Notes under the pieces: generated by a model
What the model saw: only the letters and a program-made list of their open reading frames with translations
The model's database searches: none
Told to the model about the DNA's origin: nothing
Made by a program: the position numbers and the translations under genes
NCBI GenBank assembly: GCA_965249575.1
Contig: OZ252244.1
Coordinates: forward strand, 352,001 to 416,000
From: Gemmatimonadales bacterium
Lineage (GTDB): Bacteria > Gemmatimonadota > Gemmatimonadetes > Gemmatimonadales > GWC2-71-9
Direction of reading: 5' to 3'
DNA length: 64,000 nt
In this document: in pieces, positions 29,878 through 39,057 of the stretch
Layout: every line of letters starts with the position of its first letter
Position numbering within the stretch: position 1 is the stretch's first letter

Positions 29878-31690
29878 CTAGTTCAGCGAGAAGATCCATA
29901 CGATCCCTCCCTGGCTGGTGTGCCGCGCCAGATCCGGCATGAAGTCCGCCGGTGGCCGCACGTCCGCCGGATCGTCGGAGCGGACGTCCCCGGCCAGGAG
30001 ATACCAGTCGCCGCCGATGCCGGCATACACCGCCACGTACTGTTTCCCATCGGGGCCGGTGTATGTGATGGGAGCCCCGACCACACCGGAACCGACCTTG
30101 AACTTGTAGAGCAGCTTGCCACTCGTGGCGTCCGCCGCCTTGAACCACCCATCGAGTGTGCCATAGAAGACGACGTTCCCCGCGGTGGCCACGCTGCCGC
30201 TCCACACGGGGTACTTTTCACGGATCTCCCATACCCTCTCCCCCGACACGGCATCCCAGGCGATGAAAGCCCCCAGATGCCCTCCGGCCCCCGGCGTGTA
30301 CGGAATGGTCGCCCCGATGTACGGAGTCCCGACGATATACGCCGCCTGCGACGCCTCCCAGCTCATGCAGAAGTTGTTGGTGGACACGTAGAACAGGCCG
30401 GTGCGCGGCGAGTAGGACGCGGGCGAGGCCGGACTCGTCCCGCCCTCCAGGCTCGGACAGATGTTCTCGACGTTCCCTCTCGACGCGCCGGTCAGCTTGG
30501 TGGAGTCAACCCGCGGGAGGCCCGTCGCGAGATCTACCCCCGTGGCCCAGTTCACGAACACGAATGGCTCAGCAACCAGCACTTCCCCTGTCGCGCGGTC
30601 GATGGTGTACGCGAGGCCGTTCTTGTCGAAGTGGACCAGGACTTTGCGTGTCCGGCCCTCGATGGTGAGATCGACGAGAATCATCTCCGCGTTCGAGTCG
30701 TAATCCCAGTTCTCGTGCGGGGTGAACTGGTAAGCCCACACAAGCGCGCCGTCCGACGGTCTCCGGGCCATGACACTAGTGGCCCACTTGTTGTCGCCCA
30801 ACCGTTGCTCGGGGTTGTACGGAGCCGCGTTGCCGGTGCCGTAGTACAGCAGGTCGAGGTCCGGATCGTACGAGATCCATCCCCACACCGGCACCCCGGC
30901 CAGCTTCCACGTTCCCCCGCCCACGTCGTGGCCCCAAGTCCGTGCCCGTGTCGTAGAATGGCTTGAAAGTGTCCGGTGACGCGAGGACTTGGCTGTCCGG
31001 GCCGGCATTGTACCCCGTCCAGAGGATTCGGCCGGTCTCGAGATCGAGGCTCTTCACCCAGCCCCGGATACCGAACTCCCCACCCGACGGCCCCACTATG
31101 ACCCGATCTCCGATGACCAACGGCGCCATAGTGACTGTTTCCCCCACGGCCAGATCGGCGACCTGCGTCTTCCAGATCTCCTCGCCGGTGACTGCGTCGA
31201 TCGCGACCGTGTGCCCATCGAGCAGGTTGTACACGACCCTGCCGGCCGCATAAGCGGCTCCCCGGTTCACCGCGTCGCAGCACGCCATGCCTACGGCGGC
31301 GGGGTTCACATCGGGTCGGTACTTCCACTTCAACGGGTAACCCTCTTGGGTGAGGTCGAAGGCGTAGAGGACGTTCGGGTAGGGTGTGACGACGTACATA
31401 GTATTGTTCACGACGAGCGGCTGTCCCTCATGCCCGCCCAGGACCCCGGTGGAGAAGCTCCACACGGGATGGAGCCGGGCGGCGTTGGCCGCCGTGATTT
31501 CTCTTAGGCCGCTGTAGCGTGTCGCGGCGTAGTCCTTCGCCGGCATGGTCCATTGGCCGTCCTCCTGCACCCGGGGGCTCCGCGTGGATGTCCGTCGCTC
31601 CTGCCCTCCGGCACCAGCAACCCAGAAGAGCAACAGCAGAAGCAAGACGAGGAGAGCAGCCCGGCGGCGCACCGGTGGATCCGAATTCAT
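29878..31690 (-). CDS. PQQ-dependent methanol/ethanol-family dehydrogenase (XoxF-like), split by a frameshift near 30915-30935
   Basis: GGHEGQPL, ACCDAVNRG, GGEFGIRG (frame of ORF 30776..31813), then VWGWISYD, YYGTGN, WDYD, HFDKNG (frame of ORF 29878..31008). The junction is repaired by adding one G to each of two G-runs. Confidence 0.88.
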
Positions 31691-32086
31691 GATACCCCCT
31701 CGCCGGCGCCTTGCATCGACACCCAGTTCAACCCGATCCGCTCCACGGACGCTCCGAATCGGTAGAGGCCGGTCGCGCCCACACTGGGAGGCAATGGCCA
31801 GCGAGGTCTCCAACGACCATTGGCCAGGCCCTGCTGGTCAAGCCAAGGTGCGGTAAAGTATGACGTGTTGACAGGCACGGCCAGGCGCGTGGTCGGGCAC
31901 AGGGATCGGCCCGGAGCGCGCGGGCCGGTCGACTACCGAGTAATGCGATGTGAGTCGGCCGGGGACATACCACTTTACCGAGCCCTTGCTGGCCTGACCT
32001 ACGGCGCGCATAATCTGCTGTCCATCGGCACGAGGGCCGGAGGCCAATGGCCATCTTACCCGCGGCCATGCGAAGGAGGGTAAGCG

Positions 32087-32314
32087 ATGTCTGGGAAGAG
32101 CACGCGCTTCGCGAGCGAGCAGGCCCCTTGCGGGCAGACCGTTGACGGAGAGCGTTACCAGGATCACGTCGGGAGGGGCTTGGTAAGTGACGAACACTTC
32201 TACGACTGTGGCTGCCGCAGCACGCGTGAGGAGTTCCACGACGGCTGTATTTCCCGCAAGGTCGTCCACCACAACGGCACTGTCTTGGTTGACGAGCTCG
32301 TTGGCGGACAGTAA
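32087..32314 (+). CDS. Small Cys/His-rich hypothetical protein leading the frd operon
   Basis: Strong GAAGGAGG RBS; 75 aa with C...CGC...H...C...HH; ends 36 bp before frdA. Confidence 0.65.
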   Translation: MSGKSTRFASEQAPCGQTVDGERYQDHVGRGLVSDEHFYDCGCRSTREEFHDGCISRKVVHHNGTVLVDELVGGQ

Positions 32315-32350
32315 TGCTGCAAAGCGGGCGGGCGACCGCCGAGTTCGGCC

Positions 32351-34090
32351 GTGACCGCATCCCATGACATCGTGTTGGTGGGAGGGGGCGGGGCGGGCTT
32401 GCGGGCGGCCATCGCCATCGCGGAAACCAATCCCAACCTCCGCATCGCCGTGGTCTCGAAGGTCTACCCAATGCGAAGCCACACAGTGTCGGCCGAGGGT
32501 GGTGCCGCGGGCGTGATCGCTCAGGACGATAGCCTCGACGAACACGCCCACGACACCATCTCTGGCGGGGACTGGCTGTGCGATCAGGACGCAGTGGAGG
32601 CCTTCGTCAACGAAGCACCAGAGGAACTGATCCGGCTGGAGCATTGGGGCTGTCCATGGAGCCGCCAGCGCGACGGCCGCGTCGGTGTGCGCCCGTTCGG
32701 CGGGATGAAGAAGAAACGCACCTGGTTTGCCGCCGACAAGACCGGGTTCCACATGCTCCACACACTGTTCCAGACCTCGCTCAAGTACACCAGCGTCGTG
32801 CGGTACGACGAGTGGTTCGTGACCAAGCTCCTGGTCGATGACGGCCGGGTCCAGGGAGTCGTGGCCGTCGAGCTGATGTCGGGCAGGATCGAGTTCATCC
32901 GTGCCAAGGCGGTGATCCTGTCCACCGGCGGCTGTGGCCGGGTGTTCCCGTTCACCACCAATGCGAGCATCAAGAACGGTGACGGCATGGCTCTGGCCTA
33001 CCGGGCCGGCGCTCCACTGAAGGACATGGAGTTCGTCCAGTACCACCCGACCGGCCTGCCGTTTACCGGGATCCTGATCACCGAAGCGGCCCGGGCAGAG
33101 GGAGGCTGGTTGATCAACAACGAGGGGTACCGCTACCTGCAGGACTACAACCTTGGAGAGCCCGAGCCGAAGCCGGTTCTGCGGAGCATGGAGCTGGGGC
33201 CGCGGGACCGCCTGTCGCAGGCCTTCGTCAAGGAGGTGGCGAAAGGGCGCACCGTCGAGACCCCCTACGGGCCGGTGGTTCACCTCGACCTTCGGCACTT
33301 GGGCAGCCGGGTGATCGACGGCAAGCTCCCCTTTGTGCGCGAGCTGTGCCGAAAATACCAGAACATCGACCCGGTCAAGGAGCTGATCCCGGTGCGGCCG
33401 GTGGTGCATTACATGATGGGCGGGGTCCACACCGACATCGATGGCGCCACGCCGCTGGCGGGGCTGTACGCGGCGGGGGAGGTGGCCTGTGTGAGCATCA
33501 ACGGCGCCAACCGGTTGGGATCCAACTCGCTGCCCGAGTTGCTGGTCTTCGGCGCCCGCGCCGGCCGCGCGGCGGCGGAGTACGCCGCGAGCGCCAAGAA
33601 TCCCGGCTCGGCCGCGTTGGCCCAGGCGGAGGACGAGAAACGCCGGCTCGAGCGGGACTTCCTCAAGAAGACGGACGGCCGAGAGCGCCTCGCCACCGTC
33701 CGGGAAGAGATGCAAGAAACGATGGAGCAGGGGGCAGGCATCTATCGCTCGGGCCAGGAACTGGCCCGAGCCGCGGACCGGCTACAACAGCTTCAGGAGC
33801 GATTTGGCGATATTGCGCTGGAGGATCACAGCCACACCTTCAACACCGAGCTGACTACCGCCCTCGAGCTTTCGTTCATGCTCGACGTGTCCGCAACGAT
33901 TGTCCAGTCTGCCCTGCGCCGCGAGGAATCGCGGGGAGCGCACCAGCGCACCGATTTCCCCTCACGCGACGACGAGCGGTTTCTTGCGCATTCGCTGGTG
34001 CACCGCGATCCCGACGGCTCCTGCCGGGTCGAATACTCGCCGGTAACGATCACCCGCTGGCCGCCCGCCGAGCGGGTGTATGGGAGGTAG
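32351..34090 (+). CDS. frdA: Fumarate reductase flavoprotein subunit
   Basis: [16 protein letters not shown] (covalent FAD His), QYHPT, ELGPRD, HYMMGG, RLGSNSL. Confidence 0.93.
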   Translation: MTASHDIVLVGGGGAGLRAAIAIAETNPNLRIAVVSKVYPMRSHTVSAEGGAAGVIAQDDSLDEHAHDTISGGDWLCDQDAVEAFVNEAPEELIRLEHWGCPWSRQRDGRVGVRPFGGMKKKRTWFAADKTGFHMLHTLFQTSLKYTSVVRYDEWFVTKLLVDDGRVQGVVAVELMSGRIEFIRAKAVILSTGGCGRVFPFTTNASIKNGDGMALAYRAGAPLKDMEFVQYHPTGLPFTGILITEAARAEGGWLINNEGYRYLQDYNLGEPEPKPVLRSMELGPRDRLSQAFVKEVAKGRTVETPYGPVVHLDLRHLGSRVIDGKLPFVRELCRKYQNIDPVKELIPVRPVVHYMMGGVHTDIDGATPLAGLYAAGEVACVSINGANRLGSNSLPELLVFGARAGRAAAEYAASAKNPGSAALAQAEDEKRRLERDFLKKTDGRERLATVREEMQETMEQGAGIYRSGQELARAADRLQQLQERFGDIALEDHSHTFNTELTTALELSFMLDVSATIVQSALRREESRGAHQRTDFPSRDDERFLAHSLVHRDPDGSCRVEYSPVTITRWPPAERVYGR

Positions 34091-34094
34091 GACC

Positions 34095-34838
34095 GTGACC
34101 GACCGCATCGTCCTGGCGCTCGAACGTTACCGTCCGGAGGAAGCCGCCGAACCTACGATCCAGGAATACGAGATACCCTGTCGCGAAGACTGGGTCGTGC
34201 TCGACGGGCTCAACTACGTCAAGGACCAGTTGGATGGTACGCTGTCGTACCGGTGGTCGTGCCGGATGGGCATCTGCGGCAGCTGCGGCATGACCGTCAA
34301 CGGAGAACCCAAGCTGACGTGTGCGACCTTCCTGACCGACTACGCCCCGGGCCCGGTGCGGGTGGAGCCGTTGCGCAACTTTCCGGTCATCCGCGATCTC
34401 GTCGTCGAGCTTGGCGACTTCATGAAGAAGCTCTCTGCCGTCCGGCCCTGGATCGTCCGCGAGGAGGAAAAACCGCTCTCGGAGGGCGAGTACCGCCAGA
34501 CGCCGGCACAGTTGGACGAGTATAAGCAGTACAGCATGTGCATCAACTGCATGCTGTGCTACGCCGCCTGCCCGGTCTACGGCCTCGACCCGAATTTCCT
34601 CGGGCCGGCTGCCATCGCCACGGCTCAGCGCTATAACCTCGATTCGCGCGACCAAGGAGCCGAGGAGCGCCTCAATCTCCTCTCGGAGGAAGAGGGAATC
34701 TGGGGCTGCACCTTCGTAGGCGACTGTACGAGAGTCTGTCCGAAAAACGTCGATCCGGCCGGCGCCATCCAGCGCTACAAGCTCAAGGCGGCGTTGGAGG
34801 GACTCAAAGGATTCCTATTGCCGTGGGGCAAACGATGA
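34095..34838 (+). CDS. frdB: Fumarate reductase iron-sulfur subunit
   Basis: [10 protein letters not shown] ([2Fe-2S]), [12 protein letters not shown] and [12 protein letters not shown] cluster motifs. Confidence 0.93.
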   Translation: MTDRIVLALERYRPEEAAEPTIQEYEIPCREDWVVLDGLNYVKDQLDGTLSYRWSCRMGICGSCGMTVNGEPKLTCATFLTDYAPGPVRVEPLRNFPVIRDLVVELGDFMKKLSAVRPWIVREEEKPLSEGEYRQTPAQLDEYKQYSMCINCMLCYAACPVYGLDPNFLGPAAIATAQRYNLDSRDQGAEERLNLLSEEEGIWGCTFVGDCTRVCPKNVDPAGAIQRYKLKAALEGLKGFLLPWGKR

Positions 34839-35251
34839 GCGAGTCGCCCGCGTACCGGGAGTTTCACCCCCGCTGGTATCGGCCGCGCATGTCCACCTGG
34901 TGGTGGCTGAGGCGTCGGTCCCACCTCGGATTCATCCTGCGAGAGGTGAGCAGCATCTTCGTCGGCTGGTTCGTCGTCTTCTTTCTCCTACTGATCCGCG
35001 CCGTCAGCCGGGGCGAGGGCGCCTACGGGGAGTTTCTGAATTGGGCGGAGAGCCCCGGTATCCTGCTCGTGAACCTCGTCAGCCTCCTGTTCGTGGTGTT
35101 CCACTCGGTCACCTGGTTCAACCTCGCGCCCCAGGCACTGGTAGTGCGCGTGGGGGGGAAGCGGATACCGGGCTCGTTGATCGCCGCCTCGAATTACGCG
35201 GCCTGGGCGGTGCTGTCGGGGCTGCTAGCGTGGGTCATCCTGGGCGGCTAG
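34835..35251 (+). CDS. frdC: Fumarate reductase membrane anchor subunit C
   Basis: MSTWWW...ILREVSS...[10 protein letters not shown] matches the E. coli-type FrdC pattern; overlaps the frdB stop. Confidence 0.88.
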   Translation: MSESPAYREFHPRWYRPRMSTWWWLRRRSHLGFILREVSSIFVGWFVVFFLLLIRAVSRGEGAYGEFLNWAESPGILLVNLVSLLFVVFHSVTWFNLAPQALVVRVGGKRIPGSLIAASNYAAWAVLSGLLAWVILGG

Positions 35252-35253
35252 AG

Positions 35254-35607
35254 ATGACGAAGCGACCTATCGAGCCGTTCCTGTGGATCCTCTTCAGCGC
35301 CGGTGGCGTGCTGGCCGCACTGCTGATCCCGGTCCTGTTGGTGCTGTTCGGTCTAGCGTTCCCTCTCGGGTGGCTCGCTCCCCCGGGCCACTCGTACCTG
35401 CTCGCCGTGGTGGGACACCCGGTCACGCGTGTCGTCTCGTTCTTTCTCTGTACGCTGTCGCTGTTTCACTGGGCCCACCGCTTTCGCTACACGCTCTATG
35501 ACGGCTTGCAGATCAAGCACCTGAACGAGCTAGTCAACCTGATCTGTTATGGGGGAGCGATCGTCGGGTCCGCCGCGGCCGGTTATCTCCTGTGGCAGAT
35601 CCCGTAG
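35254..35607 (+). CDS. frdD: Fumarate reductase membrane anchor subunit D
   Basis: EPFLWILFSAGG...HWAHRF...DGL...CYG matches the FrdD pattern. Confidence 0.88.
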   Translation: MTKRPIEPFLWILFSAGGVLAALLIPVLLVLFGLAFPLGWLAPPGHSYLLAVVGHPVTRVVSFFLCTLSLFHWAHRFRYTLYDGLQIKHLNELVNLICYGGAIVGSAAAGYLLWQIP

Positions 35608-35653
35608 ATCGCAGCGGTCGCGTGCGGCCTTCTTCATAAATACTCGAGGCTGG

Positions 35654-36964
35654 TCAGGGGTTCGACACCTCTCTGGGAGACCGGTCGGCCGCTGCCGTCC
35701 CGGCGAGTAACGCGCCGCGGAAGCGACGCCCGGCCCAGGCGAGCGCCCCCGCCGAAATCGCGGTCAGAACGCCAAGCATCATGAAGTATTGACTGTGTGG
35801 AATGCGATCCCAGAGGGAACCCAGCCATCCGGTTACGTAAGCCGCGATGGCCAGTGTGACGAACCACCCACCCATCATCGTTCCGCGAAGGCGGGGCGGC
35901 GCGACCCGGGTGACCATGGCGAGACCGGGGGGCGTGGTGAACAGCTCGCTCCCCGACATCAGGACGAGTGCCGCCACGAGCCACACGACGGACACCCGGC
36001 CGGTGTCTCCCCCGCTCAGCCCCGCGAGCGCGACGACGCCGACGCCGATCGTAATCATCAGAATTCCTAGGAACATTTTCCCGTAACCCGGCGGCTCCGT
36101 GCCACGTCGCCTCAGGCGGCTCCAGAGCGCGACGATCAGCGGCGTGCCAGCAACGATCGTCAACGGGTTGAGCGACTGGAACACCTCGGGTGGCAGTGAG
36201 GTCTGGACGTTGTCGCGCGCCCAGAGCGTCAGCGTGAAACCGATCTGGAAGGTCGGGATCCAAACCGGGATCATGATGGCGAACACCACCAAGAGGGCGC
36301 GCAGCCGCGCCCGTGCTTCTTCCGGCGAGAGCTCAACCTCCGCCTCGACCGGAGAGGTTCCGGCGCCGCTATCGACGATGTGTTTCCGGAACACCGTGAA
36401 GATCACAAGAGAGAGGAGCATGGCCACCGCCGCCGACCCAAAGGCCATACCCCACCCGCGTGTGGCCCGCAGGTACGCCACGGCGAATGGCGCCACGATA
36501 CCGCCCAGGCTCACGCCCATGTAGAAGATGTTGAACCCCGCGTCTCTGAGTGCCGGCCGATCGCGGTAGAGATTGCCCACCAGGGTCGAGACGTTGGGCT
36601 TGAACAGGCCGACGCCGCAGGCGAGCAGCGCGAGCGCGGCGTAGAACGTGGAGATCCGCTCCAGAGCGAGCAGGAGATGACCGCCGGCCATGAAAACCCC
36701 GCCGACGAACACCGCACGGCGGCAGCCGAGGAGCCGGTCAGCCATCAAACCACCCAGCAGTGGCAGAAACCAAACGGCGGCGTTGTAGCCGCCGTACACC
36801 TGGCCGATCGCGCCTTGCGAAAAGGCGAGGGCCTCGTCCATATAGAGGACGAGAATGGCCAGCATCGAATAGAAGCTGTACCGTTCCCACATCTCGGTGA
36901 AGAACAGCACGTAGAGCCCCGGCGGGTGCGACACCGCTCCCGTGGTGTCCCGTTCCTGCATCAA
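35654..36964 (-). CDS. Proton-dependent oligopeptide transporter (POT/PTR, DtpT-like)
   Basis: EMWERYSFY (ExxERF-like), GLFKPN, FNIFYMG, FQSLNP motifs. Confidence 0.92.
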   Translation of the reverse strand: MMQERDTTGAVSHPPGLYVLFFTEMWERYSFYSMLAILVLYMDEALAFSQGAIGQVYGGYNAAVWFLPLLGGLMADRLLGCRRAVFVGGVFMAGGHLLLALERISTFYAALALLACGVGLFKPNVSTLVGNLYRDRPALRDAGFNIFYMGVSLGGIVAPFAVAYLRATRGWGMAFGSAAVAMLLSLVIFTVFRKHIVDSGAGTSPVEAEVELSPEEARARLRALLVVFAIMIPVWIPTFQIGFTLTLWARDNVQTSLPPEVFQSLNPLTIVAGTPLIVALWSRLRRRGTEPPGYGKMFLGILMITIGVGVVALAGLSGGDTGRVSVVWLVAALVLMSGSELFTTPPGLAMVTRVAPPRLRGTMMGGWFVTLAIAAYVTGWLGSLWDRIPHSQYFMMLGVLTAISAGALAWAGRRFRGALLAGTAAADRSPREVSNP

Positions 36965-37042
36965 ACGGACCCCGAAACGGAAGGTGCAAGCGGGGTTCGC
37001 TCCGATCGTGACACATCACCCCCTGCGAAAGGTTCCGGCTCC

Positions 37043-38467
37043 ATGGCTACCGGGAAGGCCTCAACCGACGTGCTTCGTGACCGCCGGGCCCGCCTGCTGG
37101 ACGATATCGGGCCCACGTCGATCGCCGTTCTCAGGGCACAGCCCGACCTGAACAGGATTCGCATGCTGATGCGCTTCAACCCCGAGCACATCGCCGACGC
37201 GTTCAAGCAGGAAGAGAACTTCTTCTACCTGACCGGCATCGAGGTGCCGAATCTGTATCTCATCCTGAACGGCGCACGACGAGAGACCGTGGTGTTTCTG
37301 CCGGACCTCGGAGGCTTGACCGTTGATACGGTCTACGGCCCTGCGTCCCGACGAGAGGGAGTTGCCGAGACCGTGGAACGGCAGCTCGCCGATGAGATCC
37401 GCGCTTCCGGAATCGACACCATGAAAGCGGCTCGGGACTTCGTGCACTACGTCTACCAGACGATCGAGCACGACGCGGTAGATACGTGTTGGGTCTTGGG
37501 ACCCGCCGCGACGGACATTTTCATCCCCGATTCGTACACGAGCACGACTCCGCCCGGCCTTAGGGATCTCCGGTACCCGGAGGAAGACCTGGCCGACTCC
37601 ATGCGTGACCGCTTTCCATATCTCCACATCCGCAATCTCTCCCGGCCGCTGCTCGAGCAGCGGGCCGTCAAAGACGCGTTCGAGCTAGAGCAGATCCGAG
37701 AAAGCGCTCGGGTGTCGGCCCTCGCCTATCTCGAAGTGATGCGATTTGCCCAGCCCGGGGTGTACGACCGCGAGTTAGCCGCCGTGGCCTGGTTCACCTC
37801 CCGCTCGCTCGGCGGGAACCGTCCGGCCTGGCTACCGATCGTCGAATCGGGGGAGAACATCCTGCTCCGCGGCGCGGGGCAGTATATCGGGAATTACTAC
37901 GACTGGAAAGATCGCCAGATTCGCGACGGCGATCTCGTGTTCATGGACTGGGCGATGGAGGTCAACTACTACTACGCCGACATGGCGCGGACCTTCCCCA
38001 TCTCGGGGACGTTTACGAAGGAACAGCGCGAGGCGTACGACCTCTACACGCTGCCCTTCCTCCGCGCCAAGAAAAAGATTCGTCCCGGAATCACGTTCGG
38101 CGACTTGGTGCAGGAATACATCGCCGAGCTCCGGAAAGAGAAAACCAAACATCCGCTCTTCAAGCGCGAGCTGGCCCGGTTCATCGAGGAGCTCGAGCCC
38201 TACAACCGCATGGGACACTTCCTCGGCCACTACGTGCGGGACGCCGGCGACTACGCCGAGCCGCTCCGACCCGGCCAGGTACTGGCGTATGAACCGCCGG
38301 CCTGGGTCATCCCGGAGCTGAACATCATGATCCAGGTGGAGGATTGCGGCGCAATCACCGACTCCGGATTCGAGCCGTTCACGGAGCACATCGTTCCGTT
38401 CGACGCCGACGCCATCGAGCGCATCATGGCGGAGCCATCGAAGATCGAGCGCGTGTTGACGGAGTAG
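37043..38467 (+). CDS. Xaa-Pro aminopeptidase-like metallopeptidase (M24B)
   Basis: FKQEENFFYLTG N-domain; MDW...YADMARTFP, GHFLG, YEP and VED metal ligands. Confidence 0.85.
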   Translation: MATGKASTDVLRDRRARLLDDIGPTSIAVLRAQPDLNRIRMLMRFNPEHIADAFKQEENFFYLTGIEVPNLYLILNGARRETVVFLPDLGGLTVDTVYGPASRREGVAETVERQLADEIRASGIDTMKAARDFVHYVYQTIEHDAVDTCWVLGPAATDIFIPDSYTSTTPPGLRDLRYPEEDLADSMRDRFPYLHIRNLSRPLLEQRAVKDAFELEQIRESARVSALAYLEVMRFAQPGVYDRELAAVAWFTSRSLGGNRPAWLPIVESGENILLRGAGQYIGNYYDWKDRQIRDGDLVFMDWAMEVNYYYADMARTFPISGTFTKEQREAYDLYTLPFLRAKKKIRPGITFGDLVQEYIAELRKEKTKHPLFKRELARFIEELEPYNRMGHFLGHYVRDAGDYAEPLRPGQVLAYEPPAWVIPELNIMIQVEDCGAITDSGFEPFTEHIVPFDADAIERIMAEPSKIERVLTE

Positions 38468-38546
38468 CGAAGCGAACAACGTCCAGCGTCAGACAAGGGA
38501 GGTAGCCGCGCTACGCGCCGATGTCAGCAGGTAGCCCCGTCCATCG

Positions 38547-38921
38547 CTACCCCGCGCCGAGCCACGTCACCACCGCGACGGTCAAGAGCACTCCCCAAGA
38601 AAAGTGCTTTCCCCTCGAGACGACGAGCGAGACCGCTGCGGACACCAGGAACGTGAGAGCGATGGCCCAGACCAATCGTCGGTTGTGGCTGCTCGCCTAC
38701 ATCGACGCCAGCAGAACCAGTAGCGTCGCCAGACCCCACCATGCAACACTCACGAGATGCCAGAACAGCCGCAAAACCCGGTGCGTGAACGCCGTCGATC
38801 CGATGGTCTCCGGCAGCGCCGCGGGCTCGAGCTTCGAGAGGATGAGGTGCTCACCCAGGATCGAGTGCAGAAGACCGCCGATTGCGCTGATCCCGGCGGC
38901 CACCAAGAGATAAGCGTTCAT
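38547..38921 (-). pseudogene. Small 4-TM membrane protein with in-frame TAG at 38697-38699
   Basis: LHSILGE...WHLVSVAW, then after the TAG the same frame continues with two more TM helices (LVWAIALTFLVSAAVSLVVSRGKHFSWGVLL...) to a stop at 38547. Confidence 0.75.
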
Positions 38922-39057
38922 GGCGTGACCCTCCGCAGCCTTTCACAGTCTAAATAAAGATGCTCGCCCACAGCCTTCTCCGCTTGCGACGTCCTGCCTC
39001 GCGGCGCAAAGTTCCGTACCTCAGCAGCTAACGCCGTTTGCTCCTCCGGAGGCTCCC

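Noticed and set aside
31855..31880. FNR-like site upstream of the frd operon
   Set aside because: Poor match to TTGAT-N4-ATCAA; only a TTGACA hexamer is clear.
31838..33715. Long antisense ORFs (this 625-aa one, and 12110..13324, 29665..30966, 39339..41087, 48960..50045 etc.)
   Set aside because: Shadow or alternative-frame ORFs over well-supported genes, expected at high GC; no motifs.
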